DNA of 64,000 nt, taken from assembly GCA_001643675.2 (NCBI GenBank), contig LSRY02000030.1:806001-870000 (forward strand), written 5' to 3'. Below are positions 59,701 through 64,000 of this stretch, in pieces. Made by a program: the position numbers and the translations under genes. Numbering within the stretch: position 1 is the stretch's first letter; the number at the start of each line of letters is the position of its first letter. The DNA is from Monocercomonoides exilis PA203 (taxonomy: Eukaryota; Protista; Preaxostyla). A model generated the notes under the pieces. That model did no database searches. It saw only the letters and a program-made list of their open reading frames with translations, and had not been told where the DNA came from.

Positions 59701-62700
59701 ATTTGTCAAAATTATTTCGGGGAATTTTTTCCTCATGAATTTTGCTGCTTCTTCTGTTTCTTTCGAAACTGCTTCTTTCATTACTGCGTCTTTGGGGCCT
59801 CTGGCTTCTGTGAATATGAACAACTCCTCTTTCGAAGGTATCGCTTTGGACAGTGGCTGTATCTTATCTGTCGAAGATGTGTTAAGACTGCAGATTACTT
59901 CAAGCAATTTCTCCAAAATAACACACTCGCAAGGCGATGGTGGTTGTATCTCTATTTTTGATGATTCTTCAACAAAAACAGGAGATATTACTGTCACTGG
60001 ATGCAAATTTGCTGAATGCAAAGTCAGAGACTTCGGAAATGGAGGCGGAATCGCGTCTAGTTTGAAAAGCGGGCTTCATTGGAATGTTTCGGACTGTTCA
60101 TTTGACGATTGCCATGCACCAAGTGGATTATCAGATGAAGGAAAAGGAGGAGCTGTGTTCATCGCACTTTCTGTTGCTTCATCCGATTTCGTAATTGAAG
60201 CACCTTCTTTCGGAACAAACTCTGCAAAATTGGGGTTGAACCTATTTGTGATATCTCCTTCTTTGAGAGACAGCGTCAAAGAAACTTCTCTGCCGTTTTT
60301 AAAACCAACCACCGAATCGATTAACCGAAATTCAGATAGAATTAATCGAGCTCAATTCAGTGTTTCAACAGCAACAGCAGAAGCTGCCTCTTTTGATTCG
60401 GCTTGCGGATTTGATGCCGCCAATCAAGTGGACTCAATCCCGCTTGTGCTGTTTTTTCGTGCTGCCCCAACAACATTCTCTGTTAACGGAACAGGAATTG
60501 ACAATTCGGTCTGCGGTTATACTGATTATCAGTGTAAAACCATCAACTTTGTATGCGGAAGACAAACTTCACTTGAAAAAGAAGTGAAAATTGATGCAAA
60601 TGCAATGAGCTTTTCTGAGGAGTTTGTGTTGTCCTACGCAAAATATAACATTTACGGACTTGATGCGAACACCACTTTGACTGTTTCTTCTGCTGGCACT
60701 AGCACGGATGGGCTGGTTACGTCGAGCTCCGAAGCTACGCTGTCGCATCTCATATTTATGCTTCTTTCTCTTCTTGGAACACACATCGTTCATCTCTGTT
60801 ACTTCTCCGGCAGATTCATCTTCTGCCACTGGAATCGAATACAGCTTCAAAATATCGTCGATTGCCTTTGCCATTCAGACAGCAGCAAATTTGGACTTCA
60901 ACATCATAAAAGCAACATTCGGCCAGCTGAAAATGAAAGATTGTGATGTATCTGTATCTGACTACAAGAAATCCCTTTTTGTGTTTTCATCTTCGGTTTC
61001 ATCTGTTTCTATTGAAGCAACAAACTTTAAAGGCTTTTCTGGGACAAGTGAGCCTGCATTAACATGTCTAGCACAACAAACTACAAGCAATGTTTATACA
61101 ACAATTACTCTGAATAATACCATGTTCAAAGAATTGAACCAAGCCATTGATCATCCAGCATCAATTGTGAAAGACACCTTTGCCGCATGGAACACGACAA
61201 TCACAAACGCTTCTTTTTTGTTGTGCGTGGCAGGTTCATCTTTGCGCGGAGGAGGATTACGGCTGTGTTTATCAATGGATGGCACACTCACAATAAAAAG
61301 CACAATAATTATAAGTTGTATGGCATCGTTAGAAGGAAGAGGAGGGGGATTGAATCTGGATTGCGTAGATCCAGCTGACCCCACTCCAAACCCAATTCCA
61401 GAGCTTCCGTTTCGAATCAGCTCAATTTTATTTAATCACAACAATGCGAAAGTGGGGAAAGATGTGTTTATCAACTGCCGCAACATTTCAGAGCAGATCG
61501 ACGAAATTTTATTTGACTTAGATTTTGATCAGCCGTCGCTGCAAACAGAAACTGCAATGAACGCAAATGATACAGTTGAAAAGGATATGAACATAATTCC
61601 TCTTATCAAATTCTTCAAAAGCGAGATAATATCCTTATCTGCTCTGAATGGATCCGACTCGACTAAGCAATGCGGAAGTGAAACTCTTCCTTGCAAAAGC
61701 ATAAATGTTGGGATAACATATTTATCAGCAGGCATAATTCGCGTGGTATTAATAAAAGATGTGACATTAATGTTGAATGAAGAAAAAATCATAGACACGA
61801 TTATAAAATCATATGTTATTGATCAAGCGATTGTCGAACTGAACACAAGCCTTGCTGTTTCCAATCCTGATGCTTCCATTTTAACGCTTGTTAACGAAGT
61901 TTTCATGAATAATTTTGATTTTCATTTTTCTGAGTTATTTTCGTCTCAGCATAAAGCTGTGCTGTATCTTCAAAGCGGTTTCCTTGATGCGAAAAATATT
62001 TCATTCTCTTCAATTGCAGAGCTGAGCATTACTCCTTCATTGTTTTATGTTGCTGATGGAGATTTTAAGCTGGCTTATTGTACAATTTCTTCAGTGAATT
62101 GCATTTCGTCAATGTTTAATTTTTCTTCCACAGCTGATGGTGTTGAAATCTCGTTTCTCAAATGTTATAATTCTTGTCTTTCTTCTTCAATTATTGAGAT
62201 TGATAACGGCCAATCAAGCATACAAAACATTTCATTGGAGAAAATGGAATTGAAAAACATTTCTTTAAGCTCAAAGGAAGCAATTGGCATTTCTTGCTAT
62301 TCTTCCTCAAACAAAGCCAGCATCAAACTCTCTTCTGTTGTTTTTGACTCGATTTCTCGTACGAATGGAGGGCCATCAGCAAGCAAGGCCTTTTTGCTTG
62401 GCTTCTATTCGACAATTGTCTTTGAGAACTGCACATTTTCGAGTTGAACCTCACCCTCTCCTCAAGGCAGTGTTGAGTTATTGGACAATGTTCAGAGCCT
62501 GAAAATGAGAGACTGCCATCTCTTTGGCATGAACAATGCACAGAGTGTTGCTGCTGCTGCTATGAACAACTCTGTATTCTCAAAGGAGATCTGTTGATGG
62601 AATGGATCTCTGTTTCATCTGGCTTCATCGGACATGTTGATGCAGCTTTCGACTGTTGCAGACTCTCCAAAGGGAGGATTGTCGCCGCATATATCAAATA

Positions 62701-64000
62701 CCTCACTGGAGAAGTGTGAGTTCAGAGACAACAACCCACAAATTACGAACTACGATTCAGCAAGACGCAACATCTTCTGTGAGAATAATGGAAAAGTGAA
62801 CATCACTGACTTGAAGGGAAGCGACGGGCAGCTGCCAAACTCGTCTCTTTGGATCTCCTCTGAAGAGTGCACATTGGCAGAAAATATTCAAGACAGGGCA
62901 TCATCACTGTTTATTCCGACGCTCAGCTCAGTGGATAGCGCAAACGAAGGAGAAAACTTGCGACTGACGTTCAAAGGAAACCTGCTAATTCCTTGCAATT
63001 TGTCTTTTTAGACCACACAGTCACAAGATATTAAACAAGATGAAATTGTAACAGAACAGACGAATCAGGTAGATCGGACTGAGCAGTCCGCTGAATACAA
63101 CTTCAGTGAATTCATTAGTGAAAACGAGGCTGTTTGGATTATTCCGTCATCAAGTGTTACAACTGCCCAGACAGATTGCATTATTACAGCAACAGTTCTG
63201 TTTGCGGGAAGTTCTGGCAAGAAAAGAGAAACAGCATCTGTTGTTCTGATGAATTCATCAGAAGGAATGAAACAAGTTGAGGGAAAAGCACAATTGGCAG
63301 GATTTGATTGGAAAGTTGTTGTTGTCATAATAATTTCAGTGCTTCTGATTGCTTTGGCATTTGCTTTAATTGTTGTTCTTGTGAAAAGAAGAAAGAATGA
63401 GCAAGAGAATCGATGGACAGTTGAGTGTGGAGAGGTGGAAGGAAGAGAGAAAGTTACAGAGAAAGAATACAAAACACTCGAAATGTCAGAAAGTGAGATG
63501 GATTTGGATAGACAACGCAATGACAGCTCAAGCAAGGTGCTTGATAAAGGAAAGGAAAGCGAGCAAAACAAAAGATGGAGAGAAGAGGAAGTGATTGGAG
63601 AGAGCACAGGCGGGATAATACTCACCTGTTTAGAGGAAGAGGACGAATGGGCAAGCAACTCTTGTACCAACTTACTGAGCAGCAACATTCCGCAATCTAT
63701 CAATCAACCTTCTTTTGATGCTGATGTGAATGTAGTTGTAGATGGAGATACCTTTTTGATTGATAAATCTTCTTTCACAGAATCAGCTCATGCGGCTTCA
63801 AATGTTTGTTTTTCTTCAGATATTATCCCTGATGCAGTTATGCAACCCGAAGGTTTCGAGTCCAGAAGATACAATGTTGAAGAAAGAAAACTGAACAAAG
63901 AAGTTGATATAGAAGAAAGAAAAGAAGGAGGAGAAAGTGATTTCAATTCGAGTAAAAGAAAGAAGAAGAGAAGCAAAAAGAAGAAAATAAAGAGCGCGCT
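56778..64000 (+). pseudogene. Divergent Cys/Gly-rich single-pass surface protein gene with multiple lesions; runs off window
   Basis: Same module order as the 3066-aa protein (GGAI, CG..PC, WNGS, ARRNIFCE, GDG.LPNSSLWI, TM near 63310-63385). In-frame TGA at 57605, 62445 and 62595, TAG at 63009, a frameshift at ~60790 and probably another just after the signal-peptide-like MLYINILLFLSI. Confidence 0.85.

Noticed and set aside
57605-62597. Selenocysteine or TGA recoding in the last gene
   Set aside because: The same gene also has a TAG and frameshifts, TGA is a normal stop at 32224, 34848 and 50811, and I could not identify a SECIS.

Overview
AT-rich eukaryotic DNA with short GT-AG introns and apparently the standard genetic code. 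Gene families and composition resemble an oxymonad or metamonad protist such as Monocercomonoides (inference, not verified). Main contents: (1) an intact four-exon gene (~12772-16107, ~1045 aa) fusing a USP/C19 deubiquitinase domain to a Sola-like DDD transposase, the best candidate for an undescribed system; (2) a ~19.6 kb palindrome (arms ~23719-33399 and ~33672-43371, 272-bp spacer) carrying two tail-to-tail copies of a ~3000-aa Cys/Gly-rich single-pass surface receptor with a truncated kinase-like tail, with different N-termini and patchy internal divergence; (3) an eIF3i gene spliced onto a ~560-aa charged tail with seven DLAPPPEDxDDGFGGRG repeats; (4) several non-autonomous TIR elements, a PIF/Harbinger-like transposase relic, and many decayed fragments of expanded gene families. 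All calls come from reading the sequence; no database searches were run.
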